Notes under the pieces: generated by a model
What the model was told of the DNA's origin: nothing
Database searches by the model: none
What the model saw: the letters and a program-made list of their open reading frames with translations, nothing else
Shown here: positions 48,026-58,867 of the stretch, one piece after another
How positions within the stretch are numbered: position 1 is the stretch's first letter
Layout of the letters: every line of letters begins with the position of its first letter
Translations under genes and position numbers: made by a program
Source of the DNA: an uncultured Verrucomicrobiae bacterium
GTDB taxonomy: Bacteria; Verrucomicrobiota; Verrucomicrobiia; Chthoniobacterales; Terrimicrobiaceae
Length of the DNA stretch: 64,000 nucleotides
Direction of reading: 5' to 3'
NCBI GenBank assembly: GCA_963706955.1
Contig: CAVPOC010000008.1
Coordinates: 224,001 to 288,000, forward strand

Positions 48026-48874
48026 ATGCCGCTCGGTTTCCTGAAAAGTCTTGTCACAAAGTTCAGTGCCCGGCCGGTCGACTGGGATGAACTCGAGGAA
48101 ACGCTTCTGCGCGCGGATCTTGGCGTACCAATGACGTTGCGGATTCTTGACGCCTTGCGCGAACGAGGAAATGAAGTAGATGCCGAGACAGCGGCTGAGG
48201 TTTGTCGTCGCGAAATTCTGGAGGTTATCCCCGCGGCGGCGGCATTGATTCCGCCTTTGCCGGCGAAACCCAAGGCGATTCTACTGGTCGGCGTCAACGG
48301 CACTGGAAAGACCACTTCGGCCGCGAAATTGGCCTACTGGTTCAAAGAAAACCGCCACAGCAACCTCCTCGTGGCCGCGGACACCTTTCGCGCTGCCGCG
48401 ATCGAGCAATTGCAGGCTTGGGGCGAACGCATTGGCGGAGAGGTCGTCACGGGCCAATATGGCGGCGACGCCGCCGCGCTCTGTTACGATGCCTGGGCAA
48501 CCGCCTATCGCAGAAATATTGAATTCCTCATCTGTGATACAGCAGGACGCCTGCATACCAAAGGCAATCTCATGCAGGAGCTGGCCAAGGTGAGTCGCAC
48601 CCTCTCCAAACATGATTCCGACGCGCCACACGAGCGCCTCCTTGTCGTCGATGCTACGACGGGTTCAAATGCTCTCGTCCAAGCCAAGGAGTTTGATCAG
48701 GCGGTGGGCCTCACCGGAATCATTCTCACCAAGCTTGACGGGAGCGGAAAAGGCGGCGTCGCCGTCGCCATTCAACACGAACTGGGAGTGCCGACTCGCT
48801 TCATCGGCACTGGAGAGAAACTGCCAGACTTCGCCCTGTTTGATCGCGATCAGTTTGTAAACCAGATGCTCTGA
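48026..48874 (+). CDS. ftsY: SRP receptor FtsY (NG domain only)
   Basis: GVNGTGKTT, DTFRAAA, DTAGR, TKLDGSGKGG, GTGE. Confidence 0.95.
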   Translation: MPLGFLKSLVTKFSARPVDWDELEETLLRADLGVPMTLRILDALRERGNEVDAETAAEVCRREILEVIPAAAALIPPLPAKPKAILLVGVNGTGKTTSAAKLAYWFKENRHSNLLVAADTFRAAAIEQLQAWGERIGGEVVTGQYGGDAAALCYDAWATAYRRNIEFLICDTAGRLHTKGNLMQELAKVSRTLSKHDSDAPHERLLVVDATTGSNALVQAKEFDQAVGLTGIILTKLDGSGKGGVAVAIQHELGVPTRFIGTGEKLPDFALFDRDQFVNQML

Positions 48875-48906
48875 TCGGCGAGCAACTGGTGCTTCGAGTC
48901 TCCGGG

Positions 48907-49452
48907 CTAGTAGCCTCGATAGTGGAGGCTCAGCAGCCGATAGCTGTCGGAGCCATTATCCGCAGTATAGTAGTAGAGGACGAGCGTCGTCGTATCTTGC
49001 GTCCATTGGTAGCCAATAAGCGTTTCGAGGATGTCTCCATCCCTTGTTTTTTGGCGGGCGACAACACGCCCAATTCCATACTTGGCCTCAATGTTGCGGC
49101 GTGTCTGATCGAAGAAATTGCCGTAACGCTCGGCGTCCCAGTCAGAGTCGCCATAGTGGAGCTCTATTTCGTTGAGCGAATCGTTGTCGAAGTAGAACAA
49201 GGCGCGCTGCAAGAGCCGTTGGGGAATTCCTTCCACGACAAGACACTGCCGGTTGCGAACTTTCTTGCGATCGACGACGCGCGCCTGCACCCGCTTGAGA
49301 CCGTCTTCAAGTCGCTGGGCAGCCTCTCCCCACGCAAAGTTGAATGGAACCTTGATCTCCTCAGCCGCCCAGGCAGGCTCCGTCAGCGACCAGCAGAGAA
49401 AAGCTGCCCAGCAGATCAGACTTCTGGAAATCAGTTGCGAGTAATTAGTCAT
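48907..49452 (-). CDS. Hypothetical secreted protein
   Basis: Signal-peptide-like N-terminus (…EPAWAA), alpha/beta mature region; start uncertain. Confidence 0.7.
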   Translation of the reverse strand: MTNYSQLISRSLICWAAFLCWSLTEPAWAAEEIKVPFNFAWGEAAQRLEDGLKRVQARVVDRKKVRNRQCLVVEGIPQRLLQRALFYFDNDSLNEIELHYGDSDWDAERYGNFFDQTRRNIEAKYGIGRVVARQKTRDGDILETLIGYQWTQDTTTLVLYYYTADNGSDSYRLLSLHYRGY

Positions 49453-49559
49453 GCCCAAAGCGAGTCGATCAGGCGCGGGCAACCTTGGCACCACCAAGCG
49501 ATCCGACCGATGCGAAATGCAAGAAAGACGTTTCTCGTCTTCGAGGCCTGACCTCAATG

Positions 49560-51107
49560 CTACGGAAGCTCGACATCTCCAGCATCGATTTCAACAATGT
49601 TTCCCAAACCCTTCACCGCGTATTCAGCCACCACAGCGCCATCCCCGGCATAGACTCTGAGCATCTTCTTTTCTGGCCGGAACTCGACAACGACCCGACG
49701 AACATTCGGCTGATTCGCGAGAAAGGCAAGTTGCAGTCCCGACTTTGTCTCCAGCCAGAGCCCGCCGTGATCGGAAGTCACCCGCACGGCGAGCTTCTGC
49801 GCCGAGGCAGAAAGCCCACCTGTGGAGAGTGGAACGTCGACTGCATCGATCTGAGGAACACTCCCGGCATCCGGAACCAGTTTGCCGTCAACCATCCCGA
49901 AGTTTTCACAACTCTGAATGACCTTCTCAAAATCCACCACCCACTCGGCCGTGCTTTTCGCTCCCAAAGACAGGACGCGAAGGCGCTGCGTTGCGCCACT
50001 TTTCTCGAGGACTGCGATCTCCTCGATGGCGGTCGAAGCACAAACTCGAATCGGCGAAAACTCGTCGCGATAAGCACGCAAAAATTCGCCCTGCCTGTTG
50101 AACTGTCCGGTGAAAGCTTTGCCGTCCTTTTCATCCAGGGCCGTCACCCAGAAGGTTTCGCCAAATCCAAAGGAGAGACTGGAGGCTGCGATGTTCAGAG
50201 GCAGCTGTTCCCATTTGCTGTCGGTGGTGGCCCAAAGTTGCCAGTAACTTGAGGAGGCGCCAAGCATCTGCTGGCCGTGCACCGCCAACGCATCAAAGGG
50301 AATAGGCTTGTCAATTTCTCCGATTGTCTCGAGGTTCGGCACTACGATCTTGGTGAGACCGGTTCGGGTCGCGACGAAAAGCGCGTCATCGCCGGCGGCG
50401 ATGCATTCGACCTGAGGGTTCGGTTGAGTCCCGATCACCGTGCCGACATTTATGTCCAGGAGATGAAGCGTGTCCCCGACCAAGACGGCGACGTAGTGCT
50501 CGGTCGTGGCCAATAGGCGATTCTTTGTTGGAGGAGATAAGTCCGCCTCGGAAAACTGCGCCAGGTGATACCTTGGCTCGCCAGTCGGGGACGCCGCCTC
50601 TTCGGCTAGCGTCGGCGGAACCGACGCTCCCAGAGACGTGGTCCAGAGAAACCCTCTAAGCTGATCGAAGCGAAAGACGAGCGGATGTGTGTCGTTCAAG
50701 GCCTGCGCCAGCACGACGACTCCTCCGGGTTGCTTGCGAAAATCATCGATTCGCGTGATGTGAGGCGCTTTCTCATCCACCCAGTCATTGAAATGGTAGG
50801 CGATCCCTTCAGCTTTCAGCTTATCAGTGACCAGATAGCCGCGGACCCGGTATTGTCCTGGCGGCAACGCTTGGCCGAAATCATCCCTGCCGTCCCACCT
50901 CGCAATTAGGCCGTTCAGACCGATAACGAAATCCGTCTCGGCCGCGCTTACGTAGAGCGTCCGCCTCAGCTTACCGATCGAGTCGAAAACCCCCAGACTA
51001 ATTCGGCCCTCGGCTTCCGGCAGCGCGAAAGCAAAGCGCTGCTCCCGCTCGGACGACAAAGCCGGCAGCAATCCCGCGAGAAGCGCTGCGAAGAGAATTC
51101 TCCTCAA
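49560..51107 (-). CDS. Secreted protein with FlgD-like Ig domain and beta-rich remainder
   Basis: Signal peptide; ISLGVFD..GKL.RTL ... WDGRDDFGQALPPGQY; TTG start overlaps the GH57 stop (TTGA). Confidence 0.78.
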   Translation of the reverse strand: MRRILFAALLAGLLPALSSEREQRFAFALPEAEGRISLGVFDSIGKLRRTLYVSAAETDFVIGLNGLIARWDGRDDFGQALPPGQYRVRGYLVTDKLKAEGIAYHFNDWVDEKAPHITRIDDFRKQPGGVVVLAQALNDTHPLVFRFDQLRGFLWTTSLGASVPPTLAEEAASPTGEPRYHLAQFSEADLSPPTKNRLLATTEHYVAVLVGDTLHLLDINVGTVIGTQPNPQVECIAAGDDALFVATRTGLTKIVVPNLETIGEIDKPIPFDALAVHGQQMLGASSSYWQLWATTDSKWEQLPLNIAASSLSFGFGETFWVTALDEKDGKAFTGQFNRQGEFLRAYRDEFSPIRVCASTAIEEIAVLEKSGATQRLRVLSLGAKSTAEWVVDFEKVIQSCENFGMVDGKLVPDAGSVPQIDAVDVPLSTGGLSASAQKLAVRVTSDHGGLWLETKSGLQLAFLANQPNVRRVVVEFRPEKKMLRVYAGDGAVVAEYAVKGLGNIVEIDAGDVELP

Positions 51108-52693
51108 GCGTAGTAATGCCAGTTCAAATTGGGGAAGAGATTGTCCCTCTCCTCACAAGCAGAGAGGAATCCATCATCGCGACGGTCGCTGCTGGCTAGC
51201 TCGTAAAGTTTCGTGAAACGCAGGATGTGGTCGCGGGTGCGCTTTTCCGCATACTCGCGTGCGGTGCCAGTCTTCATGAGAAACGCCCAATCACTCGACT
51301 GGGCCAAAAGAAGTTCGCGGGCCATTTGTCTAAGAAGTCGATCAAAATACTTCGACTGCGTGTTGGCGAACTTGCAAGCCATTTCCGTCATTCTGGCCGC
51401 GCCCGCATGCAGGTGCGGGTAGATCCATGAGTTGCAGGGGTCGAGCCAAACTTCCCAGTACCCCTTGTTGCCCCAGCTCGATGATGAGGGGCTGACCATT
51501 TGCAAAGTTGGATGATTAAACAAATAGCTGGTCGGAGTCGTCAGATGAAACGCCTTTTGGTCGAACGCGGCCTTCCGCAGGAACAGGTCCAAAAACTCTG
51601 GACCCTCAAACCACCAATGTCCAAAGAGCTCTGCATCGAAAGGGCTCAGCACGATTGGTTCGACCGGCAGCATTTGATGCAACTGTTCGATTTGCTGGAC
51701 CCGGCTTTGCAGGAAATGGCTAGCATGTGCCTCGACTGCGCCCATGGCCCAATCCCGCCGATAGTGCTCCTTGTTTTCGCTGCCGGTGATCCGATGATAC
51801 TTGATTCCCGAATAACGACGGTGACCGACGTCCGGATAGACGCCGGCGAGGTACTCCTCCGATAATTCCCTGCCAATATCGCGATAGAAATCGCGATAGG
51901 CCGGATCGCCCGGATAGCCCTCGCGGGCACTCCAAACCTGCTTGCTAGATTCGCGATCACGCGCAAATACTGCCGGACCCGCAGGAGTGTAGTACGGCGA
52001 AAAGATGGCAAAACGGGGACGGGGCTCGCCAAACATCAATCCGTGAGCATCCAACACAGTCCAACGCAGGTTGGCATCCTGGAGTATCTTGCCGACCGCC
52101 GGAACGTAACCACACTCGGGCAACCAAATCCCGACCGGGTCCCGCCCAAAGCATTCGCGATATTCGTCGCGCCCTATGAAAATCTGCGCCTTCATTGCCT
52201 CGGGACAAAACTCCATCAGAGGAAGAAACCCATGGGTGGCCGCGCAGGTGATGATCTCGAGGAGGCCATCTTCCTGAAGTTGGGCAAACGCCCCGACAAC
52301 ATCCCGTCCAATTTGATTGAGGTAGAAGTCGCGCGCGGAAAGGAACCGCTCGGAATAGAAATGCGCCAATTGATTGAGCGACGAGTCATTCGCTGTTCTG
52401 TCGATTTCTCGGCGGGAAAGCTCGATGACACGGTCGAGGTAGCGCTCGGTGCGATGCTGGAGAAGCGGGTCCCGCAGCATGGCACAAAGCGTCGGAGTCA
52501 TCGTCAGAGTGACTCGGATGGGAACGCGCTCCGAAGCGAGGCGTCGAAAAATCTGCAGCAACGGGATGTAGGTCTCGACAACACCTTCAAAGAGCCAATC
52601 CTCCTCATGAAACTCGTCATGCTCAGGATGTCGAACGAAGGGGAGATGCGCGTGGAGGAGGAGAGCCAGTGAACCCGAATACTTGGTCACCAT
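51104..52693 (-). CDS. GH57 1,4-alpha-glucan branching enzyme (DUF1957)
   Basis: HAHLPFV, ETYIP, THGFLP, GIWLPE (nucleophile), FDAELFGHWW (acid/base), QSSDW.F. Confidence 0.93.
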   Translation of the reverse strand: MVTKYSGSLALLLHAHLPFVRHPEHDEFHEEDWLFEGVVETYIPLLQIFRRLASERVPIRVTLTMTPTLCAMLRDPLLQHRTERYLDRVIELSRREIDRTANDSSLNQLAHFYSERFLSARDFYLNQIGRDVVGAFAQLQEDGLLEIITCAATHGFLPLMEFCPEAMKAQIFIGRDEYRECFGRDPVGIWLPECGYVPAVGKILQDANLRWTVLDAHGLMFGEPRPRFAIFSPYYTPAGPAVFARDRESSKQVWSAREGYPGDPAYRDFYRDIGRELSEEYLAGVYPDVGHRRYSGIKYHRITGSENKEHYRRDWAMGAVEAHASHFLQSRVQQIEQLHQMLPVEPIVLSPFDAELFGHWWFEGPEFLDLFLRKAAFDQKAFHLTTPTSYLFNHPTLQMVSPSSSSWGNKGYWEVWLDPCNSWIYPHLHAGAARMTEMACKFANTQSKYFDRLLRQMARELLLAQSSDWAFLMKTGTAREYAEKRTRDHILRFTKLYELASSDRRDDGFLSACEERDNLFPNLNWHYYA

Positions 52694-53017
52694 GCCCCAG
52701 CCTAGTTCAGGCGCAAGCTGTCGGACAAGATTGATTTAGCGCAGCGCGCGCGCAATTCTCTCCGCAGTGAAATTCGCGTCACTCGTTTTCCGTTTTCCCG
52801 CCGCTGATTTGGAACTGTCAGTGCAGGACGTTCTTTACCTTCTGAGCCTGGCCGGCTTCGCGGTCGCGCGGAATGTGCGCGGGCAGATTGCATTTCCAGG
52901 AAATGATCCGGCTAGACGCCGGCCGAGCTTCCAAATCCAAAAGGGGCATCTGGACACGGCGAGCGCGCTTCTTTCAAGCGTCCGCGGTATTCTCCCTGCA
53001 AAGGCACTTCTTCTATC

Positions 53018-54088
53018 ATGAAAGCTTCGCAAACTTCGGCTCGACGACGTGCTCAGACGACGCGGACACCTGGCACGACTCTTCTCAGTCCGGAAGGCCG
53101 CTATCTGGTGACCGGAGCTGCCGGCTTCATCGGAAGTGCTCTCGTTCACGGCCTGAATCGTCGCGGTATTACGCGCATCATCGTTACCGACCATCTTGGA
53201 AGTGACCAAAAGTGGCGCAACCTGGCTCCTTTGAGGTTTGAAGATTACGTGGCTGCAGACAGGCTCTGGCACGATCTGGCCGGAAATTCCCGATCACATG
53301 GAAAGTTCGACGCCTGCTTTCACCTGGGCGCTTGCTCGTCCACGACGGTGACGGATGCGACCTATGTGATGGAGAATAATTTTGGATATACCAAAAGTCT
53401 CTGCCGTTGGGCTTTGGCCACCGGCACGCGATTTGTCTATGCCTCGTCGGCGGCGACCTACGGCGATGGGGCCGCCGGGATGGACGACAAGAACGAGGAT
53501 CTTCGGACCTTTCGTCCCCTCAACCTTTATGGATACTCGAAACATCTTTTCGATCTGTTCGCGCAAGAGCAGGGACTACTCTCCAGGATCGTGGGACTTA
53601 AGTATTTCAACGTCTTTGGTCCAAACGAATATCACAAGGGAGAGATGCGCAGCCTCGTCTGCAAAGCTTATGATCAGATCGTTTCGACCGGCAGGATTCG
53701 CCTTTTCAAGAGTTACAAGCCCGAGTATCCGGACGGCGGCCAGATGCGCGACTTTGTCTATGTCAAGGATGCCGTGGAGATGACACTGCATCTTGCCGAG
53801 ACGCGAGCTGCCGCGGGCCTTTACAATATCGGAGCCGGCGTCGCTCGCACATGGCTCGACCTGGCCAATGCCCTCTTTGATGCTTTGACGATCGCTCCCG
53901 AAATTGATTTCATCGAGATGCCGGAAAGCATAAAAAATCAGTACCAATATTATACTTGCGCCGACATATCTAAGCTGCGCTCCACCGGATACACTCCGGC
54001 TACCACTTCTCTGGAGGAGGCGATCAAGGATTATGCTGTCAATTATCTAAGGCTTGGCAGGAGGCTGGGCGATCCGATCGGCCCGTGA
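53018..54088 (+). CDS. hldD: ADP-L-glycero-D-manno-heptose 6-epimerase
   Basis: GAAGFIG, HLGACSST, YASSAATYG, PLNLYGYSK, YFNVFGPNE.HKG.M, YQYYT.AD. Confidence 0.93.
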   Translation: MKASQTSARRRAQTTRTPGTTLLSPEGRYLVTGAAGFIGSALVHGLNRRGITRIIVTDHLGSDQKWRNLAPLRFEDYVAADRLWHDLAGNSRSHGKFDACFHLGACSSTTVTDATYVMENNFGYTKSLCRWALATGTRFVYASSAATYGDGAAGMDDKNEDLRTFRPLNLYGYSKHLFDLFAQEQGLLSRIVGLKYFNVFGPNEYHKGEMRSLVCKAYDQIVSTGRIRLFKSYKPEYPDGGQMRDFVYVKDAVEMTLHLAETRAAAGLYNIGAGVARTWLDLANALFDALTIAPEIDFIEMPESIKNQYQYYTCADISKLRSTGYTPATTSLEEAIKDYAVNYLRLGRRLGDPIGP

Positions 54089-54089
54089 A

Positions 54090-55790
54090 TCACAGACCTT
54101 CCGCAGGCTTAGTTGACGGGAAGTTTCGCCCTTGCAGAATTGCTTCGACCAGCTGGGCGGCGAGCGGCTCAGTCACTTTGTCAAGTTCGCTCAAGGTCTT
54201 TCTTAGTTTTTCCAGCCAATGAGCAGCTCGTGCTTCATGAATCTGCGCGACCAGAATGAGAATTTCCTGCCGCTGCTCTCCGGTGACTTCGTTCCCAAGC
54301 CGTTCGAGCGCGGTCTCGACCGCTGGCAGCATTTCGTCGGCCTTTAAGCATGCCTCGGCAAACGCCCGCTCATTCATATCCTCGAAGGCATGCTCGAGCG
54401 ATTCGGAGAGCATCTTCTCGACCGCTTCATCGCTCACTTCCACCGCACTTTTCATGCTGACCTTAGTATCACGTCCGGTGGCGATGTCTCGCGCCAGAAC
54501 GCTCAGTAGCCCATTGGCGTCGATTTCGAACTGGACACCAACGCGGGCTTGGCCACGCGGTGCAGGGGCAAAGGCAATTTCAAATTCTCCCAACTTCCAG
54601 TTGTCTCCAGCCATCTCTCGCTCGCCCTGGAGAACCGCGATCCGCATCGAAGCCTGGTTGGCCGCAGCATTAGTGAACATTTCACCAGCCTTGCAGGGAA
54701 TCGTCGTGTTTCGCGGGATAAGCACATTCATAAGCCCTCCCACAGTTTCAATCCCCAACGAAAGAGGAGTCACGTCCAGAAGGGTCACGTTGCGAACTGC
54801 CCCTTGGAGGATGCCCGCCTGAATCGCCGCTCCCACGGCGATTGCCTCATCGGGGTGCTGGCTGGTATTAGGCTGCTTGCCAAAGATCTCCTGCACAAAA
54901 TCTCGGACCAAAGGCATCCGGGTTGCTCCTCCGGCAAGAATCACCTCATCGAGGTCTTCGGATTTTAGCCCGGCATCTTGCAGCGATCGAAGACAATGCA
55001 GCCGCGTTCGCTCGATGATCGGACGACAGATCGATTCGAACAGCGCCGGAGAAATCGAAAACTCGTGACGTGCGGGTTCTGAGAATTCCCTCTTGATGGC
55101 TTCCGCTGCCGTTCGGCTGACTCCGCATCGCTCGGCAAGGGCGGCGTCGATATCATCCCCGCCAAGGTGCGTGTCGCCGTTCGTGGCCAGGACCTCGAAA
55201 ACTCGCCCACTGAGCTCCAGCACGGAAACGTCAAAGGTTCCGCCACCCAGATCATAGACCGCCACTTTCGCGTGTTCCGTCAGGCGGTCTAAGCCGTAGG
55301 CAAGCGCGGCCGCCGTCGGCTCGGCCAGGAGCCGTTCGACGACGAACCCCGCGGCTTCCCCGGCTCTCTTAGTAGCGGCGCGCTGCGCGTCATTGAAATA
55401 AGCAGGCACGGTAATCACGGCGCGCTCAACAGAGGTGCCAAGCGCTCGCTCCGCGTCCCGCTTTAGCTTTCGTAGAATTGCCGCGGAGACCTCCTCGGGC
55501 GAAACAATCCTGCCGCCGGCGAGTAAGCGAACGGGATCTCCGGGCGCTCCAACGCCTCTTCCAGCACATTCGCTCTCGCCGATCTTTCGACCCATTAGTC
55601 GCTTGACCGAGAAAATCGCCTCCTCAAATTCCAACGCAGCATACCCGACAATCGGATCGCCGCCCTGCGGAAAATAGACTACCGATGGCGTTAATCTTCT
55701 TCCGAGCTCGTCGGGAAATAAGATCGGGAATCCGGCGTCGATCGCTCCAATCAGGGAGTTGGTCGTGCCCAAGTCGATGCCAACAATCAT
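54090..55790 (-). CDS. Hsp70-family chaperone (HscA-like, compact)
   Basis: [43 protein letters not shown]; shortened NBD subdomains. Confidence 0.9.
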   Translation of the reverse strand: MIVGIDLGTTNSLIGAIDAGFPILFPDELGRRLTPSVVYFPQGGDPIVGYAALEFEEAIFSVKRLMGRKIGESECAGRGVGAPGDPVRLLAGGRIVSPEEVSAAILRKLKRDAERALGTSVERAVITVPAYFNDAQRAATKRAGEAAGFVVERLLAEPTAAALAYGLDRLTEHAKVAVYDLGGGTFDVSVLELSGRVFEVLATNGDTHLGGDDIDAALAERCGVSRTAAEAIKREFSEPARHEFSISPALFESICRPIIERTRLHCLRSLQDAGLKSEDLDEVILAGGATRMPLVRDFVQEIFGKQPNTSQHPDEAIAVGAAIQAGILQGAVRNVTLLDVTPLSLGIETVGGLMNVLIPRNTTIPCKAGEMFTNAAANQASMRIAVLQGEREMAGDNWKLGEFEIAFAPAPRGQARVGVQFEIDANGLLSVLARDIATGRDTKVSMKSAVEVSDEAVEKMLSESLEHAFEDMNERAFAEACLKADEMLPAVETALERLGNEVTGEQRQEILILVAQIHEARAAHWLEKLRKTLSELDKVTEPLAAQLVEAILQGRNFPSTKPAEGL

Positions 55791-56004
55791 CAAGACATTC
55801 TCCTGCGTTGCGGGATGAATTTCACGAGAAAACAAAAAGCCGGGGACCGACAGCGGCGCTCGCCACCCATTTGTTTCACGCGATACCTCGATGGCCATTC
55901 TGCTCGGTGGGACGACCGCGAGATCCGCATGCAGTCGATGACAAACGCTTCTACTATGGGCATGACCATCGGACGCGAAAAATGTAATGTGCGGACGCGT
56001 GAGG

Positions 56005-56751
56005 ATGAATTATCCCGATGGGAAACGCCTGTTGGCGGCACTCCGCGACGGCGATTTCGCACACGCGGGAGAGGAAGCAGCCGTGCGCATGACATGGGAA
56101 CGCCTGCCAAAGCGCCCAGATCAATCCTGCCTCGACGCCGGATGTGGCCGCGGTGGAACTGCCGCTCTCGTGCAATCCGAACGATGGGGTCAAGTCCTGG
56201 GACTGGACATTGATTCGGAGACAATTTCTTTCGCACAGACCGCTTACCCGAGCGTCAAGTTCGTCGCGGCTGACATCGCCCGCGCCGGGGAACTCTTTCC
56301 GGCCCAATTCGACATCATCTATGCATTCAACGCTTTCTATGCATTTCCGGACCAGCAGGCTGCGCTCGGCGCGCTACGCCTCGCCGCGAAGCCTAAAGCC
56401 ATTCTCTGCCTTTTTGATTACCTTGACCGAGGAGGATTCACCGAAACACGCTTTGCGGGAAAACCTGAAACGCATCTCTGGCATCCGCTTTCTTTGAAAT
56501 CATTGCCGTCAGAGCTCGATGTCGCCGGATGGAGTTTGGGAGAGTGGATGGACGTCAGCGGGCATTATGACACCTGGTATAGCGAGTTGGTCAACAAGTT
56601 CACTGCGCGGCGCCAATACCTCCGCGAGCGCTTCGCCTCAGAACTGGTTGCCTATGCCGAGGACTACTATTCCTCCCTCCTCGAGGCGATCACAGCCGGC
56701 GCCTTGGGAGGCGTTATCGTTTACGCTCATGCCAACTCGCGCGGCGCTTGA
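56005..56751 (+). CDS. Class I SAM-dependent methyltransferase
   Basis: LDAGCGRG motif I, GLD, FDIIY. Confidence 0.85.
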   Translation: MNYPDGKRLLAALRDGDFAHAGEEAAVRMTWERLPKRPDQSCLDAGCGRGGTAALVQSERWGQVLGLDIDSETISFAQTAYPSVKFVAADIARAGELFPAQFDIIYAFNAFYAFPDQQAALGALRLAAKPKAILCLFDYLDRGGFTETRFAGKPETHLWHPLSLKSLPSELDVAGWSLGEWMDVSGHYDTWYSELVNKFTARRQYLRERFASELVAYAEDYYSSLLEAITAGALGGVIVYAHANSRGA

Positions 56752-56920
56752 ACGACGCGATTGCTGGAGCGGTTCGCAAGAGCAATTTTCCAAGAACGTA
56801 ACATGTCGTCGCAGCGAGCGTCGCGCTCTCAATAGCAACCATGTCCACGGTCATGGCCAGCCATGCGGCCAGAGGGACGTCGCCTCTGCAGGATGCCCGG
56901 AAGTCGTGGAGGAGAACCGG

Positions 56921-58852
56921 CTATGGTAGCGCATCGTCGGAAGAATTCGGTCGCCCGTCCTCGCCCACCGATTTCTGGAGAATTCCGTCCGACAAACTTT
57001 CGGGAAGTCCGGCGAGTAATTTTTGCGCGAGGCGGTAGCTGGAATCGTCGCAATTTCGTCGGACGGCACGAACCCACTCCGCGATGCGAAGCTGGGAGGA
57101 GCGACAGAAGTAGTCGGCAAGGTCCGCGGCGCTGGTCGCTCCGGGATCGGAACGTCCGATCATCGCCTGAACGCGCGCGAGCGTAGCCGACATCGCGAAG
57201 AGCTCGGCACCAGCATCCACAAAGCGAGCCAGGAGAAGTTGACGCTTTTCCAAACTGGGACCGTAAACGACCATCTGATGAAACAATCTTCGCGCAAGTT
57301 GACGGGCCGTCGCCTCGCACCAGCGCACATGTCCCGCGAGTCGGCGATCAAATGTGTCCGCGCTGGCTCTTGGAAGAAACGTGGATGCGTACCACGCCGC
57401 ATAGAACTTTGCGGCGCGCAGGCCAGCGGCACCGCGCAGCGGCAGAGATAACCGGCTGTCGAGCACCGGTGCGCTAATTTTTAGATGCGGGTCAAGGGCC
57501 TCTCGGGCGATGAACAGGCGCATGATTTCGCTCGACCCCTCAAAGATCGTATTGATGCGACTGTCGCGAACAATGCGCTCCACCGGATCTGGTGATTCGC
57601 CACGTTGAGCCAATGAACGGGCAGTCTCATAGCCACGCCCACCGCGAATCTGCATTGTGTCGTTCGCGATTTTCCAAGCCCATTCGCTCGCGAGCATCTT
57701 GCAGATGGCCGATTCCAGACGGAAATCCGATTTCGCTCGGTCGACCAGCGCGGCAGTGAGCAGGGTCATCGATTCCATGGCAAATGTCTCCGCGGCCATG
57801 TCCGCGAGTTTGCTCGCGATGGCCGCGTGCTCTCCGATCGGTTTCCCCCACTGAACTCGCTCCTTCGCCCACCGTCTGCTGATCTCCAGACATCGTTTAG
57901 CAAGTCCGACACAGGCGGCGGGCAGGGTCAGTCGCCCAGTATTCAAGGTGCTCAACGCCACCCGCAAGCCCTTGCCTTCGGCAAGAAGAACGTTTTCGCG
58001 AGGCACTCGAACATCATGAAATTCAATCACCGCATTGTAGAGAGCCCGCAATCCCATGAAGCGGCAACGCTGGATGATCTCGACGCCGTGCCAGCTGGTT
58101 TCGACAATGAAGGCGGTGATCTGGTCCTTGCTGCGCCCGCGGACGACTTTAGGGGGCGTCTTGGCCATGACGATGATGACACCTGCGCGCGTGCCATTTG
58201 TGCACCACATCTTGCAGCCGTTCAAAGTAAACGAACCATCCCTGTTCAGCTCCGCGCGCGTCTCCATGCGAGCGGGATCGGAGCCGACGCTCGGCTCGGT
58301 CAGGGCGAAGGCGGAGATTTCTCCCTTTGCCAGTCGAGGCAAGTATTTCTGGCGTTGTTGTTCAGTTCCGAAGAGCAGCAGCGGCTGAGGAACTCCGATC
58401 GACTGATGAGCACTCAGCAGCGCGGTCATGTTACCGCACCAACTTCCCAACAACATGGCCGCACGGCAGTAGTTCGTCTGGGAAAGACCTAATCCACCAT
58501 ACTTGACGGGGATCTTGATGCCAAATGCGCCCAGCCGGGCGAGACCTTCAATGACGGCGTCCGGGATTTCCCCGCTCTCATCGATTTCGTCGGGATTCGT
58601 GCTATCGCGGAGAAACTCCTCCAATCTGCAGAGAAAAGCATCACCTTGGTCTCGATCCTCGGTGGTCTGCTGGGGAAACGGAGTTATCTGAGACAAATCA
58701 TAGCGCCCCAGGAATAAGCCACCAGCGAAAGTTGTTTCCAGAGAAGCCGCCTCGCGCGCAGCCTCAGTAATCTCCAAGGCGGCACGCTCACCTTGAGACA
58801 TACGCGACGTATCGATCAAGGAATCACGTTCGTCTCGAGAGGCATTGCTCAT
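56921..58852 (-). CDS. Acyl-CoA dehydrogenase (VLCAD/ACAD9-like, long C-terminus)
   Basis: AFALTEP..GSD, NG.K.WCTNG, LNTGR, R.QWG..I, QIRGG.GY, IFEGSSE. Confidence 0.93.
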   Translation of the reverse strand: MSNASRDERDSLIDTSRMSQGERAALEITEAAREAASLETTFAGGLFLGRYDLSQITPFPQQTTEDRDQGDAFLCRLEEFLRDSTNPDEIDESGEIPDAVIEGLARLGAFGIKIPVKYGGLGLSQTNYCRAAMLLGSWCGNMTALLSAHQSIGVPQPLLLFGTEQQRQKYLPRLAKGEISAFALTEPSVGSDPARMETRAELNRDGSFTLNGCKMWCTNGTRAGVIIVMAKTPPKVVRGRSKDQITAFIVETSWHGVEIIQRCRFMGLRALYNAVIEFHDVRVPRENVLLAEGKGLRVALSTLNTGRLTLPAACVGLAKRCLEISRRWAKERVQWGKPIGEHAAIASKLADMAAETFAMESMTLLTAALVDRAKSDFRLESAICKMLASEWAWKIANDTMQIRGGRGYETARSLAQRGESPDPVERIVRDSRINTIFEGSSEIMRLFIAREALDPHLKISAPVLDSRLSLPLRGAAGLRAAKFYAAWYASTFLPRASADTFDRRLAGHVRWCEATARQLARRLFHQMVVYGPSLEKRQLLLARFVDAGAELFAMSATLARVQAMIGRSDPGATSAADLADYFCRSSQLRIAEWVRAVRRNCDDSSYRLAQKLLAGLPESLSDGILQKSVGEDGRPNSSDDALP

Positions 58853-58867
58853 GATTGCGAGAGACTT

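Noticed and set aside
52767..53021. 84-aa ORF overlapping the hldD start
   Set aside because: No recognisable features, and the region must hold divergent promoters; it cannot be supported.
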